58,733 nt of DNA, filler included, from Sphacelaria rigidula (GCA_964200075.2; 9 parts of 9 records of this genome joined end to end with filler, not necessarily neighbours in it); one strand, 5' to 3'. Numbered from the whole stretch's first letter, positions 37,225 through 49,539 are shown. The notes: generated by a model not told the origin, from the sequence alone. Numbers and translations are program-made.

Positions 37225-38303
37225 GTACCCCAATGCGCTGTGTAATGCATGCTCGGTACAGTATTTCGATAGCTCTGTCTACGAAGCAGTTGGTTGGGGA
37301 TGTATTTATTTACTACAGGTTTTCGGTAGTTAGTTGGCGCATGGGGTTCGTGCGAGGACATGGTAGAACCTCGTCGCGGCATTATTATCGCTGGGCTACT
37401 CGTGAAGTGAAGTAGCTCCACTGGTGGTGGCTGAAACAGCGGGTTTGAGGACATCCTTTTTTTACCGTTTTTGACGGCAGACACAGCGACTGTGTTCTAC
37501 CGCTGCGTGGCAATTCATCCTCATGACATCTTGTGAACACGCCCGTTTTACAGCAAGGATCCGGGTTGCTTCGCCGGCAGACCGTCAAATAGTGAGCGGT
37601 TACACAACATCGCTACTTCAGATCAAGGTCTGATGAAACATTTCAGGTATTCGAGCACCAGAGAGAAATGTCAAATACATCCTGTACATGCATGGAGTGT
37701 TTGATGTACATTTATTTCTTCATCCCGGCAATAAGAGTAAGGTCGGCTGTGTCGTGTCTAGTTATGATGGGGGCAGATCTGTCGCGGGCAGTGATCCCAC
37801 GCGGATGGTTCCGCGGGGAACCAAAAGTTTCGAACGGCGAAACAGCTACAACTGATGTGTTGTTCCTCTCGGCAAGGAATTTTGACACTTGCGGAGGGTG
37901 CGATATTCTTGGCAGCATACGTGCCACACGTCAAAATAGTAATTACATGTTGTTACATGTGTATGCCCTTTACTTGGGGGGGTGTCTGCACCGTGGCATA
38001 CGTGCAGAAGAGTAACCCGAGCGTTTGTTGTGGCTCTAAGCAACCACCTGTCTGTCGACACGTTGGCTGCTGGCCTCTCTCCGCGACGTCGTGGGAACGT
38101 TTCCCAAGATAGTTGAGCCTCCGAAAATAGTACATGCTTGGATATACACAAGACAAGTCCCGCTACCAAATTACCAAGGTCGGGAAGGAGAAATGAAGGG
38201 AGTCAGTTGCTTGGAACGGGTTTTGTGTAACCTGCTTTTTTACTGTTCCTCCGCTCGTTTTTCGCCCCCGTCATGTTCTTCTCTTTGTATGCATCACACA
38301 CAG

Positions 38304-38417
38304 GTCCCCCCTGAAGAGGGCGCCGAGTTTCAGGAATTCCTGCATGAATTGGGATACACGTACCACGACGAGAGCCGGAATCCTGTTTTCAAGCAGTTCT
38401 TCAAATGCGACAGTTGA
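38304..38417 (+). CDS. ilvA: Threonine dehydratase, last coding exon with stop
   Basis: VPPEEGAEFQEFLHELGYTYHDESRNPVFKQFFKCDS*, a typical IlvA C-terminus; cacag| acceptor. Confidence 0.93.
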   Translation, partial: VPPEEGAEFQEFLHELGYTYHDESRNPVFKQFFKCDS

Positions 38418-39069
38418 CTGTATCCTTTCCACGACCGAGGCGTTGAGCCATTAGTTAATCCCGCCCGTTCCTCCTCTTCCCTGATTTCCATGATTATTGT
38501 GGAATTTCACGCTCTATAGCTGAGTCTCTCATGTGATGTGATGAGGGGGTTTTGTCAGGTGCAAATTATCCTGGTTTTGCTGGTCTTTCATATTTTTTGT
38601 CATTTCTTCAAAACAAGACGGACCGGATGGAAGGCGCAAACGTGTGTACAGAAAATGTCTGTTTGTGTAATGGGCATTTTTTTTGTTCATCTTTCAAATG
38701 ACAATGCCGTAAAATAGGCCGCATCATGGATTCGGATGGATCGCCTTGGCAGTTTTTCGCAGTGTCCACAAACTGCACAAAACCAAGGAACGGCTACGCC
38801 TTGAATAGTCCGAACGTCGGAGATGTGCCTTTCGTGCTTCTTTTAGGGGTATTTTTTTTCCCTTTCAGGTCCGCAAGACAGGCAGAGCTGTCAGAGGTTT
38901 TACTGTGGTTTCGGGGAAGCAAAGAGTTATCTTTGTCCCGTTTCAAAGTAGGTCTAAATGAAAATTTTGTTAGAAGACGTTTCAAAACACCACCGTCGTG
39001 TTGTATAAATGTGGTGTGGTGGATAGTGACTCTTTTCTCGAGGTCGGGGGGGGGGGGACGGAGGTGGTG

Positions 39070-39122
39070 GGGGGGGGGGACTCATGATCATGCAGGCCAG
39101 AGTCATAAGACCGTTGCCCCCG
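39070..39122 (-). mobile_element. Family B extreme 3' end with C-run
   Basis: Reverse complement CAACGGTCTTATGACTCTGGCCTGCATGATCATGAGTCCCCC. Confidence 0.7.
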
Positions 39123-39222
39123 NNNNNNNNNNNNNNNNNNNNNNNNNNNNNNNNNNNNNNNNNNNNTTAATTAATTAANNNNNNNNNNNNNNNNNNNNNN
39201 NNNNNNNNNNNNNNNNNNNNNN

Positions 39223-39408
39223 GGATGCAGCTCACCCTTCATACGACTCGCCGAACACATCACAGCCCTTCTCGCTTGGTGAATAAGTGCGAGCCTGGTC
39301 CGGCGAAACCTGGCGTGCTCCGTCTGGGCTTTGTAGGGATGCGAGGTCAATGGTCTTATGATTATGGCATGCATGCTCATGAGTACACCCCCTCCCCCCC
39401 TCTCCCCC
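39223..39408 (+). mobile_element. Family B 3' portion ending GAGTACA plus a C-rich run
   Basis: Homologous to 19248-19420 and 44000-44162. Confidence 0.85.
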
Positions 39409-40224
39409 TACACACACACACATACACATGCGTACACGGTAGGTACCACCCCCGGAAACGGCGATTTTACCACCTCAGGACGGTCATGCACACGTCCTTG
39501 AAATCCACTTCGAGGTTTCCCCCCCTTGTTTTCGCACACGCCATCAAGCAATCAATGTTCGTCTCTAAATCAGCTTTGGATTGTGGTGAACCCGAATAGT
39601 TGCATTGATGTATATATAGCCTGGATGATCACGGGTCTGCACCCGAACAGCTATCGAGGTCGGCTAGACTGGACCGAAAGACAGCGCCTCACATTGCGCA
39701 TGAAGCAAGAAGCGAATTTTGCGCGTTGATGAAAAGCTGGTAGCTCTAGTGTGTGAAAGAAGAAACGTGGGGAGTGGGTGAGAGCTGGAAGATGAAGACA
39801 GCCCACAAAGGACGATCAAGAGTTAGCTTTGACCTCTGGGTTTGAAATATTGGCTGTGATCATCACACGGACCTGGCAGCTTTTTGGGGAGAAGGGACTG
39901 CAACGGAAATCATACAAGGCAGAAATCGAGGGATGAGAAGCGTAAGTGAGCCGCGACCGAAGGCCTCTATGATAACCTCCTGTGCTGACGAGATTGCTGA
40001 AAATCAGAAAGTTGTTTTTGATGTCACCGACTGTGTATTCACGTGTGTTATGTACACGGGAGTGCCGTCAGTGTACATTGCTGGTAGGTTGACAACAACA
40101 GCATCGACCCGTATCAGTACAATAGTGGCCATTGATGCTCGTCACTGGTACGCATCTCTTCGCTGCGTGGTGTCTGGAATACTTCCGGACGTATCGCCTG
40201 CGTGCTTATCTAGCGCGCACACGT

Positions 40225-40600
40225 GATCGATCGAGTGATTGTTGGATTGATTGCTTGTCGCACAACCATGGTGACAGTCAGTTGTGGTCACAAAGTACGT
40301 GTGCCCAAGGTAAGCAAGCCGGAAACGCTTGCTGAAGAAGAAGAAGAAGAAGAAGAAGAAGAAGAAGAAGAGTGAGAAAAACACAAAAAATATATTGAAG
40401 AAAAACAAAAGAGTAAACCGTGATGAAGCAATAATTTAAACCAAAACGGAACAAAGACGGAAGCACGCACAAAAACGAAACGCGAGCAAGTAAGAAGGGA
40501 TAGGAAAGGAAAAACACGCAACGGAGAGAACACAACACAAGGGAGAAAATTAGAACTTAAAGGAAAATAAAAACCAACGAAATTAACCTACACAAAATGG
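40225..40600 (-). mobile_element. RTE-like LINE 3' UTR containing a (GAA)n microsatellite (~40334-40370)
   Basis: T-rich on minus, ending TGTGCGACAAGCAATCAATCCAACAATC. Confidence 0.6.
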
Positions 40601-41167
40601 CCGGCTCCTGCAGCATGGCTTCAGGTAGGGAAAACGTGGATGCCTGTTCCCGAACACAAAACAAATCAAACGGGCCGTGGGAGAAAATGGTGGCTAAGCT
40701 ATTTTGTACTATTCGGGCATTGGCTCTCACCCATGATCCCTACGGTAGCAAGGGACCAAGCTGCTGCTGTGTAACACGGAGAGGAGAACAATAGCGAGAT
40801 ATACGTGCAGTAGTCAGCGTCAAAAGTTTGCAGAATCCGTAATTTCTTAGTTTCTCAAAGACCGTTCAAATTTGTTTTGCTTGCCACCGTTCATCACAGT
40901 GACTGTTGGATTCCAAAAAATGGGCACCCGGAGAAATTTTATACCTCTTGACAAATATTGAAAAAAAATTATCTGCGATCAATAATGAGTGAATTATACG
41001 GGCTTTACCGATCTTTGGGGGTCCTGCGTAAATACTACCCCAGGCTCTAGCTTTTTGGTATTTTTGGTGGACCGACTCGATCCGGATCATATAGACAAAG
41101 ACTCAAAAATGATTTTTTTTCAAAATTCTGCCTAGTCACTGCGCTAAAGCAGGAAAACTATGTTTCT

Positions 41168-41645
41168 TGGACCATTTACGGTCAAGAACGCCCTCCTGAT
41201 AAACGCGGTCTTTACCCTGTATCGCCCCCACAACGCCAACTTGGGCGATTGTGATTTGAGCACGGTTTGCCTTTTTTGCCAAAACTATCGACGCTAGAAC
41301 TTTCAAGTGCTCATGGAAAATGTTATGCGAAAAAAATCCGAAAATAAGGCCATCCGCAGAAAATGCGAGACTGAGGTCTGTGTAGTATAGGAGGGAAACA
41401 CGATCTCGATCATTATTGTGAAGAATTTTGTACGTATGAATTTTTCTGAATATTTACCGTTTCGTCGCTGAAGGGCGTGGAAAACTGCTGATATTGGACC
41501 AAAAACGGTCAATAACACCCTCCTGATAAACGGGGTATCAAGTCCCTATCGACACAAGCACACCGACGTGAGCGCTGCAGCTTGAGCGCGGCCTACCCTT
41601 TCTCCCTTAATCTACGGGCGCTAGCACTTTCAAGTAGTGGTGAAG
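41168..41645. repeat. Diverged direct duplication, period ~326 bp
   Basis: TTGGACCA...ACGGTCAA.AAC.CCCTCCTGATAAACG...CGCTAG.ACTTTCAAGT at ~41168-41310 and ~41494-41635. Confidence 0.7.
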
Positions 41646-41789
41646 AACGGTACTCAAGAGAAACTCAGAAAAAAGGACAACTACGAATCCTGATTTTTTT
41701 TATGCTGACTACTATAGCTGTACAGAGAGAGAAATATGGAGGCATGAAAATAGGGCAGAGAGGAAGGAAACGGAAGCCATGAAACCCAA

Positions 41790-42320
41790 GGACACAGTGT
41801 AGCATGTACGAAAGCATTTCCGTGTTAACCGAGCTTCCCCCATACATCCCTAGTCGGGTACAATGCGGGACACTCTGTCGATCCTTTCCACCCTGGATTT
41901 CTTGCGAGCTCTTGCTGTTGTTGCGTCAGCGGTGGCGACTCTATGAATGGCAGCTCTCGATGCAGCAGCCTCTCGTTTATCTGTGATTGGCGTTCTCGCC
42001 CTTTCTCCTCGAAGTCTTCACTCCCCTCCTCGACCTTAAGATGCCATTCGGCCATGTTCTCCGCCGTAGTCACCCAGTCGCATGCATCTTTGACCTCCAC
42101 ACTGTAGACGAACTATTTCCGTCGTGCTCCTTTGCGTGCAAGAGCCCTTAGTGCACTTGGGTTTTCGTGAAGGCGATCCCCCCATTGGTTGGAGCCCCGG
42201 CTGACCTCCTTGGGCCCTCTTCCGGTTAACCCTCCGAACATGGTGCGCTTCAGAAGACGAGTCTCGTCCTACCGGACACGGGCCCCCGTCAACCAGCGTC
42301 GGCGCTTGAGGATGGTCATC
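41790..42320 (-). mobile_element. Decayed RTE-clade LINE, C-terminal ORF fragment
   Basis: ILKRRRWLTGARVR*DETRLLKRTMFGGLTGRGP then DWVTTAENMAEWHLKVEEG: RTE post-RT motifs (RLPK..FG.L, W...A....W). Confidence 0.75.
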
Positions 42321-42409
42321 GCGATATGTCCGTCGTTGTGATGTACTTGTGTATCAGTGTTCTCATTCCCGTCCGACCTTGTCGACATGCGTATGGGGGG
42401 GGAGGGGGG

Positions 42410-42967
42410 GGGGGGCACGCATGATCCGGCATGCCATAGTCCCAGGACCATTGACCTCNNNNNNNNNNGAGCACGCCGGGTTTTCGCCGGACCAGGCTCG
42501 CACTCAATCACTAAGCACGAAGCACCGCGGTGTGTTCGGCGAGTCGCATGAAGGGTGAGCTGCATTCTACAAAGATTGTGCGGCCTGAAGCGTATTGATT
42601 ATCTCGCATATGGATGGCAGTCTTCAACGAGTTGCTTCATTTCGTGGTATCGCCACTTCCAGAGACAGTCACGGCGTATACGCCGCGTCATGGGTATCTT
42701 GCCATTCAAACACTGCGCAGTACGGTTATCCCCATTGTGCGGAGTCGAGGTTCTCCCACGCCGCAAAACATGATCTAGCTCGACTACCATCATGGTTGCC
42801 GCAAAAAAACCGCAAGCACGCAGAAACGAGCATCGGTACCCTGGTTGCCTAGCTTACGCAGTGAATGGCGTGTTTCACAGCGTCATCTCCAATAGACGTC
42901 AACCCCATTGGGGGTCCGCCCTTACAAAGCCGGGACGGAGCACGCCGGGTTCCCGCCGGACCAGGCT
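42410..42967 (-). mobile_element. Family B element, apparently full length (~560 bp, non-coding, SINE-like; 10-N gap)
   Basis: Starts AGCCTGGTCCGGCGGGAACCCGGCGTGCTCCGTCCCGGCTTTGTA. The same block recurs near the 3' end, then GAGGTCAATGGTC...CATGCGTG plus a C-run. Confidence 0.85.
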
Positions 42968-43861
42968 AACATGTGGGGGGCGGAGAGTTGTAATCGTAGT
43001 GCGTGGTTTTATCAGGACAAGTGCCTGCACTGCCAAGTCGGGCTCATGGTAAATAGTTGCGCTCGTACCTGCAATTCATCAATAAGAATTATTTGCCCTC
43101 GCCGTGTCGCCGTCTTTAACGTGCCGCTGACCCCCTGAAGTTGTGGAGAATGACTTGATCCCTGAAGGCTCCCGATGGACGGCATGAGCGTGTGATCAAT
43201 GGTGAGGCGCGCAAAACTCAGTGCTCCCCTTGTTACCCCCCCCCCCTTCCCACCACCCTTACCGTGTCCCGACTTACCGACACACGAACGGGGTCGGGTA
43301 GCAGGGTTCGGACGGAAGGAGGCTTTACTGGCGGCAATCGTGCCCACTTCGGACTCTGAGGAAGAACATATGTTGCGAATCATGCGCCTTGCGGACGAGG
43401 GTGGAGACGAGGACTGTGTGTGCTCTGTAGTCTTGCCAACGCAGCCGACCTCAGGTGAGCAGGGAATCAGCAGCAGCTCGTTTTCGTTGATGTTTCATGA
43501 GTTCCACGGCGGGCTGAGGAGAGTAGCAGCAGAGTCTTCTGCTGCCTCCTGTGCGTCACTGCTGCAAGATATAAGTTTGAAATGAACACGTTATCTTGCT
43601 TGTTTGTGCCTGGGTGTTGTGGCACAAACGAGCATGCCACACCGCACTTTGGTGTGTGCGGAAAGTGTGACGCATTTGCCATGCTCTGGGTTTAATCATA
43701 CCGTACGGGTTAGCCTTGGCACTTGTGATAACAGATATCGACGTTTGATCAGTCGTGAACGAATACATCGCGTTTTTTCCCCCTTAAAATTCGTATCGTT
43801 GACGCGTATCCTTTGTACTATTAACTCCTGCCCCCCCCGATACCCCCCACCGCCATTTTGA

Positions 43862-44162
43862 TGGTGAAACATCCATGATGCAGTGTGTAAGACGTGGCTG
43901 TCTCTGCAAGTGGCGATACCAGAGAATGAAGCAAGTCACTCGACGCTGTCATCCAAATGCAAGATAATCAGTACGCTTCGGGCCGAACAATCTTGGTAGT
44001 GTGCAGCTCACCCCTCATGCGACACGCCGAACACATCACGGCGCTTCGTGCTTGAAGCTTGATCAAGAGCCTGGTCCGGCGAAAACCCGCCATGCTCCGT
44101 TCTGGCTTTGTAGAGATTCGCATCACTGATCGTATGACCACGGCATGCAAGATCATGAGTAC
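43862..44162 (+). mobile_element. Family B element, 5'-truncated
   Basis: Homologous to 19112-19420, ends CATGAGTAC, C-rich flanks on both sides. Confidence 0.85.
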
Positions 44163-45035
44163 ATCATCTCCCCCATTTATGGAATAAGGGGTACGTACTT
44201 GAGTAGTGAAGTGAAGCAGGGTTCAGATTACAGTCTGGTGGATAAGAGGGTTGATGCAGTCGTTGTAAAATTTGTGCGAGAAGCTCGCATGTGTACCTGC
44301 AAGTAGTTTTAAGGAAATCAACTGACTGCATGTTCACTGAAACAGCATTAGTTCAAGGAAAAAGGGTACTGGGGCACTAGCAAAACTGTCGAGACCAACC
44401 GATACATTGCTATGCAGTAGCGTACAAACACTATTTGCTGTAGCGTTTTTCCCCCTGTCCCGTGAGGGGTGCATATTCAGCAGATGGTCAAGCAGCAAGT
44501 GAGTAGTTCTGCATTCAACGTGCAGCAAAATTTCTCTGCGGTTTTACAAATAGTCTACGGCAGGACATCAGCGTCTTGAGCTGTTCAGTACGCACAGATG
44601 CCATGCTCTTCACCTGTGAAATGGTGACGGAGCAAACGAGTGAAAGGAGTAGCAGCAAGAAGTAGCGTGGATGTGAGTCACGAATGATCGGTCGCCCGTC
44701 CTCAATAAGGGTAATAATATGAGTAGCTAGAAGCTTTGAAATCGAGCACGGTGCCTGGCCCCGCACCAACTACATCCATGAGCATCAAACGTATTAGATT
44801 AACCTTCCAAAACGGACATGCTTCCAAACGATCTGTACCTCAGCCCTACTTGTCTTGAACCACATATCTTCTCCAAGATCTGTTGCCTGTAACCCCCTCC
44901 CCACGCACACACACACTCCCCTGCTCTTCTTGAACACGTTTTTGTCGTCAATCATTCTATAGATATTGGGAAACGTTCACCCTTGAGCAGACATGCGCAA
45001 TTTGTGTACCCCCCCCCTCCCCCCCACATCCGCCA

Positions 45036-45659
45036 TGCTCCGTCTCGAAAGGGATGCGTGGTCAATGGTCAAACGACCAAGGTGAGCAACAAATGAGTAC
45101 GCCCCCCCCCCACATCCGCTTCCGTCTCGAAAGGCATGCGTGGTCAATGGTCAAACGACTACGGCAAGCAACAAATGAGTACCCCCTCTCCGCTAGGGGT
45201 AGTTTCCCCCTGACACCTTCGATCTTGGCACGATCCCCCCCTCTTTATGTTCAAGATTGTGGACACCATAGCGGCCACAGCTGTTGTACTGAGCGTTGTA
45301 TCAATTACCACGCATAGTACGTGCGTAAATAGGTCATAGAAAAAAACTGTAACATCCGCCCCCATCCCTTCCCCGTCTCGAAAGGGATGCGCGGTCAATG
45401 GTCAAACGACTACGGCAAGCAACAAATGAGTACCCCCCCTCCGCTAGGGGTAGTTTCCCCCTGACACCTTCGATCTTGGCACGATCCCGCCCTCTTTATG
45501 TTCAAGATTGTGGACACCATAGCGGCCACAGCTGTTGTACTGAGCGTTGTATCAATTACCACGCATAGTACGTACGTAAATAGGTCATAGAGAAAAACTG
45601 TAACATCCGCCCCCATCCCTTCCCCGTCTCGAAAGGGATGCGCGGTCAATGGTCAAACG
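45036..45659 (+). mobile_element. Cluster of four family A LINE tails; the last three are part of a 251-bp tandem repeat
   Basis: CCGTCTCGAAAGG at ~45040, 45122, 45373, 45624. The first copy has a 15-bp TSD CCCCCCCACATCCGC (45019-45033, 45105-45119). Confidence 0.9.
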
Positions 45660-45759
45660 NNNNNNNNNNNNNNNNNNNNNNNNNNNNNNNNNNNNNNNNN
45701 NNNTTAATTAATTAANNNNNNNNNNNNNNNNNNNNNNNNNNNNNNNNNNNNNNNNNNNN

Positions 45760-45832
45760 CGCCGAACACACCACGGCGCTTCGCACTCGGTGATTGAGTG
45801 CGAGCCTGGTCCGGCGAGAACCCGGCGCGCTG
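45760..45832 (+). mobile_element. Family B fragment at the scaffold start
   Basis: CGCCGAACACACCACGGCGCTTCG...GAGCCTGGTCCGGCGAGAACCCGGCG. Confidence 0.8.
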
Positions 45833-45963
45833 CATGATATCCATTCCACTCCAAATCATAGAGGGAAAAGCACGTAGTCATAAAAAGGTTTGAAATAGAA
45901 GAAAAACATTAGTAGGAAGGCTGAAATCGCCTACTTGACTTGCGTCACATACACGCTACATAC

Positions 45964-46137
45964 CTGCGAGCTCATGACGATAGCGAGGTTTGCGATGTCG
46001 CCGGCAGAGCGGGACTGCCGAGGGTCCGCTGCTGCCGCCGCCGGGTTAGCAACGGCGTACTGGAGATGGTGCACACCCGACGCCTCCTCGTACTCTTCAA
46101 GATTGCTGAATTCTTCTTTTTCCTTCACTTGACTCAG
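45964..46137 (-). CDS. Large low-complexity protein, exon f, possibly TPR-like
   Basis: ccgcag| acceptor and |gtatgt donor. LEEYEEASGVHHLQYAVA...DIANLAIVMSSQ resembles kinesin-light-chain/CLU-type TPR spacing. Confidence 0.7.
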
Positions 46138-46453
46138 CTGCGGCAGCAGCAGTGGAAGCAGAAGAAGCGGTGCGGGGAGTACTAAATGCAAGCCATCAAT
46201 CACACGGACCGTAAGAGAAAACAATGGAAAGAAAAGCGCCAAAAAAGCGAAACATCGACATAAACGAAAGTCCTACGGATCGCTGGGGGGGGGGGGGGGG
46301 AGGGGATTGTCTGACTCAAGCGATAGGAGTCATTCGCGCCGCATCCCCCTGCGCGCGCGACCACGCCCCCAGACGGTACCCACGCTTGGTCAATGATCAG
46401 ATACACAAACATGTGAGGTACATGATGCTATCACACGCGAATTCGCTTCGTAC

Positions 46454-46504
46454 CTCCTTGCAAAGAGCTGCTGCTGCTAAGCTGCTCTTGATGTAGTAGT
46501 TAGC
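46454..46504 (-). CDS. Large low-complexity protein, exon e (ANYYIKSSLAAAALCKE; may start at 46513)
   Basis: ccag| acceptor and |gtacga donor, phase 0. Confidence 0.6.
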
Positions 46505-46936
46505 CTGGCTGAGCTTGAGACCCACGGTGCACGAGAATGTGTTGATGGGAAAATCCAACCCCGATCCTGTGTGTGATAAACGAGGACGAGAGTGAGATAT
46601 CACGAGAGGCGCAGGCACAAACAGGCAGGCAGCGAAGCAGGCAGGCACGGGCAAGGAAACAGAGACAGGTACGAACATGGGAATGCAGACAAGAAGACGG
46701 GCAGACAGACAGTGGCCTAAAATGACGGACGGACAAGGAGAACGGGACAGAGAGTGAATTACCAAGCGTTTTGTACCGAAGAAGAGAGATGAAAAGATAG
46801 TAAGGTATACATACAGTTTGTGACAAATAAGATTGCCCCGCCCGCAGTAAGTGCACATACATGTATGTGACACAACTGTGATACCTTCCTTCATTCACAC
46901 AGTCACTATTGTGGGAGGTCAAGACTCGCCTCCAAC

Positions 46937-47121
46937 TTCCGCCATAGAGTGTGACCGGCTCCTCGTGCGCATTTTTTCGTGGGGCTCTCGCTTCGTGAAC
47001 TCTCTACCTCTTGCGCCACTCTCTCGGCCGGCTGCGGCCGACATTGCTGCCCACGGCAGAGACTGTTCAGCCTCGCCCAAAGATGCTGGTGCTCCTGTAG
47101 CTGCTGCTGCGGCTATATCGC
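46937..47121 (-). CDS. Large low-complexity protein, exon d
   Basis: Phase-compatible aaaag| acceptor and |gttgga donor. Boundaries less certain. Confidence 0.55.
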
Positions 47122-47310
47122 CTTTTTGTTTGATTTTTGTTCGTGTTCGAATCCGACCGAGGCCGGTGGCGGGGTTGGTATGAGTGTTCAACGCGTGGCT
47201 ATGCAAGTGAATCAAGTGCGCGACATATGAAAGCGAGGAGCGCAAGCAAACCCAGAGTACAAGCAGCAGTGAATTCACACACGACACACAAACACAGACA
47301 ACGGACGTAC

Positions 47311-48604
47311 GGACGAATCTGGAGAAATCCTCACCACACCCTCGTCGCTGCCCGGAGCGTCCGTCTTCCACACTACCCTTCATGCTGACCGCTTCCACCG
47401 CCGCCGCGGAGTCATCCCTGGAATCGCCCCTCCAACTAGACGTTTTTACACGCAAACTTTCCTCTTCACCCATTGCGCTCGTACCCTCGAGAACACTTCG
47501 CGCGACACCGCCAACCCCCACCATGTCGATAGCGGTGGCTGTTGCCTGGGAATATTTCCAATCCCGAGCACTCCCCGGCGGGGCGGGATCGGACGCTTGA
47601 TGCGAAGCTTCGTCGGCAGTGCCGGATGCGGAGCAAGGCTCGACCTGCCCGGTGTTAGGTCTAGTTAGGGCACCGTCGCTTCGTTCCGGCGGCGCGACCT
47701 CTTCTTCCTCGAACGGAAAAGGAAGGGCGAATTGATCTTCAAGTGCACTCTCCCTGCCGCCGCTGCTGCAATTGTTGGAGTTGCCGTCGCTATCGTTGTC
47801 GCTGTTGTGGTCAGATGCTGCCGCTGCTGCTGCCGCTGCTGCTTCCTCTGCTTCCTCTTCTTCCTCTTCTTCTCCTTCCACCAGGCCCACCAAACCACCT
47901 GGTCCTCGGTCCTTGCCTTGATTCTTCTTCTTGTCGTTGTTCTTGCCGCCGTTGTTGTTGCTGCTGTAGTCGCCGACAGCCGGGGATGGATTCACAACGA
48001 TGGCCACCTGATCATCTCCCTCTTCCGCTCCAGCTTCCTCTAGCCCCCCAGTCCTCAAGGATTTGCCCGGAAGCGACGTCGGACGCGCGCCGCTCCCCTC
48101 GCTGCCGCCGCCGCCGCCCTTTTTTTCACCCCCGACAGCAACATTATCGTTGCCATTATTTTCACTAATCAAACTACTGCCGTCAACACCTCCCACCCCC
48201 GCTGACGGGGACGTCGCCGCCTCGGCCGCGGTCGCTGACCCAACACTCGCCGCTTGAGCACTACGCGCATTGGTAACGCCGCCGCTACCGCCATCCCCGC
48301 CACTACTCCCGACGGACCAACCACCCGTGCCCGTGCTGCTGCAGTTGCTGTAGTTCCGGCCGCGGCCGCTGTTGCCGCCGGCGCTACCGATATTGTTGGC
48401 GTCTGCCGCCTGTCGTCTGGCGAGCTCTTTTGTGATTGCCTCGAGCGTGGTTCTGGATGTGGTGGACACCAGCGCCGACGAGGTTGACGAAGAGGAGAGA
48501 GCCTCGTTGTGGCTTAAACTGCGGTGCTGCGCGCTGAGTGGTCCGGCAAGCGGCGGTGGCGGCCCTAGAAGCCTTGAGCCTGGTGACGAAGGCCCTCGTG
48601 TACC
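47311..48604 (-). CDS. Large low-complexity protein, exon c
   Basis: gtcag| acceptor and |gtacgt donor (phase 1) within the 593-aa ORF. Confidence 0.75.
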
Positions 48605-49305
48605 CTGACGGGGAGTTAGGACGAGGATGGAGTAGGGTGGAGGATGTAGGAGCAGGTAAAGGCGGGTAGCATGTTTATTCTTGGCTGCACGTTGTAGCAT
48701 ACAACAGTATACCGATTACTTTTACATGATCAGCGCTCGTGGGTTTCGATTCACACAAGATTTTTGCGTAGAATTATCTACGCAAATTTCAATCAAGAGG
48801 TTTTGTTTCCCGTGTGGCTTTCAAAGGTTTGTTTTTTTCGCTGCCCTCCAATGCACAGTTGACCAAGTTTGTGAAAAATATGTATGCACACCTTGCACAA
48901 GTCTGACGTCGCCTAATTTCCCCCCACAAGGTGTTCTCAACTATTGTTCACTTCGCTGCCGCATTGCTTCATCCTTCCTCATCGAGACTGAGGTAAGCTA
49001 GGAATGAAAGTGAGGAATCAACCCGATCTATCGAAATTCACATGAAGCGTGGAGAGAGGTTACAACGTACGAATATACAATAGCTAAAACGTATACTCTT
49101 GCCTAACTCCCCATCTCAGCGGAAAAGCAAGAACAAAAAGGCAGAGGACAGGAGAAGGCAAAAACTCGGCATGGATGCGTACATACTTTCTCGCCGTAAA
49201 GATCCGTCTTTCGCACAACAAGAAATGAATACAAACCACCCGCCCATCATGCCCAACACAAGGCTGAAGGAAGTGTTCATTCCTGTGGCGCATGCTTCCA
49301 CGCAC

Positions 49306-49395
49306 CTGAGCGCTGAGAACCAGATTCCAGCACGCAGCCGGAGTCCCCGGTACGTCTCGCTTGCGGAACTCCAAGCCATAGTGAGTTTTCATCGC
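49306..49395 (-). CDS. Large low-complexity protein, exon b (AMKTHYGLEFRKRDVPGTPAACWNLVLSAQ)
   Basis: ttaag| acceptor after a pyrimidine tract and |gtgcgt donor, 90 bp phase 0. Confidence 0.75.
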
Positions 49396-49539
49396 CTTAA
49401 GGGCCGGAGGGGGGACGGGGGAGGGAGGGACCGGGGGCGGCAACGGGTACAGGAACAGCAGGGAGGGAGCGCTAAATAGCAACGACGCGAAGAGGCGCCG
49501 CCGGGTGATTCCAGCGTGCGGGAGAACATCAGAAGATTT

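Noticed and set aside
42895..42967. Hammerhead or HDV-like ribozyme at the 5' end of family B
   Set aside because: No CUGANGA/GAAA core, and I could not assemble the HDV nested pseudoknot by eye. Only generic hairpins (GGTCCG/CGGACC, CCCC-AAT-GGGG) are visible.
43141..43454. Two exon-like segments on plus
   Set aside because: The first has stops in all frames and no product is recognisable; at most a pseudogene fragment.
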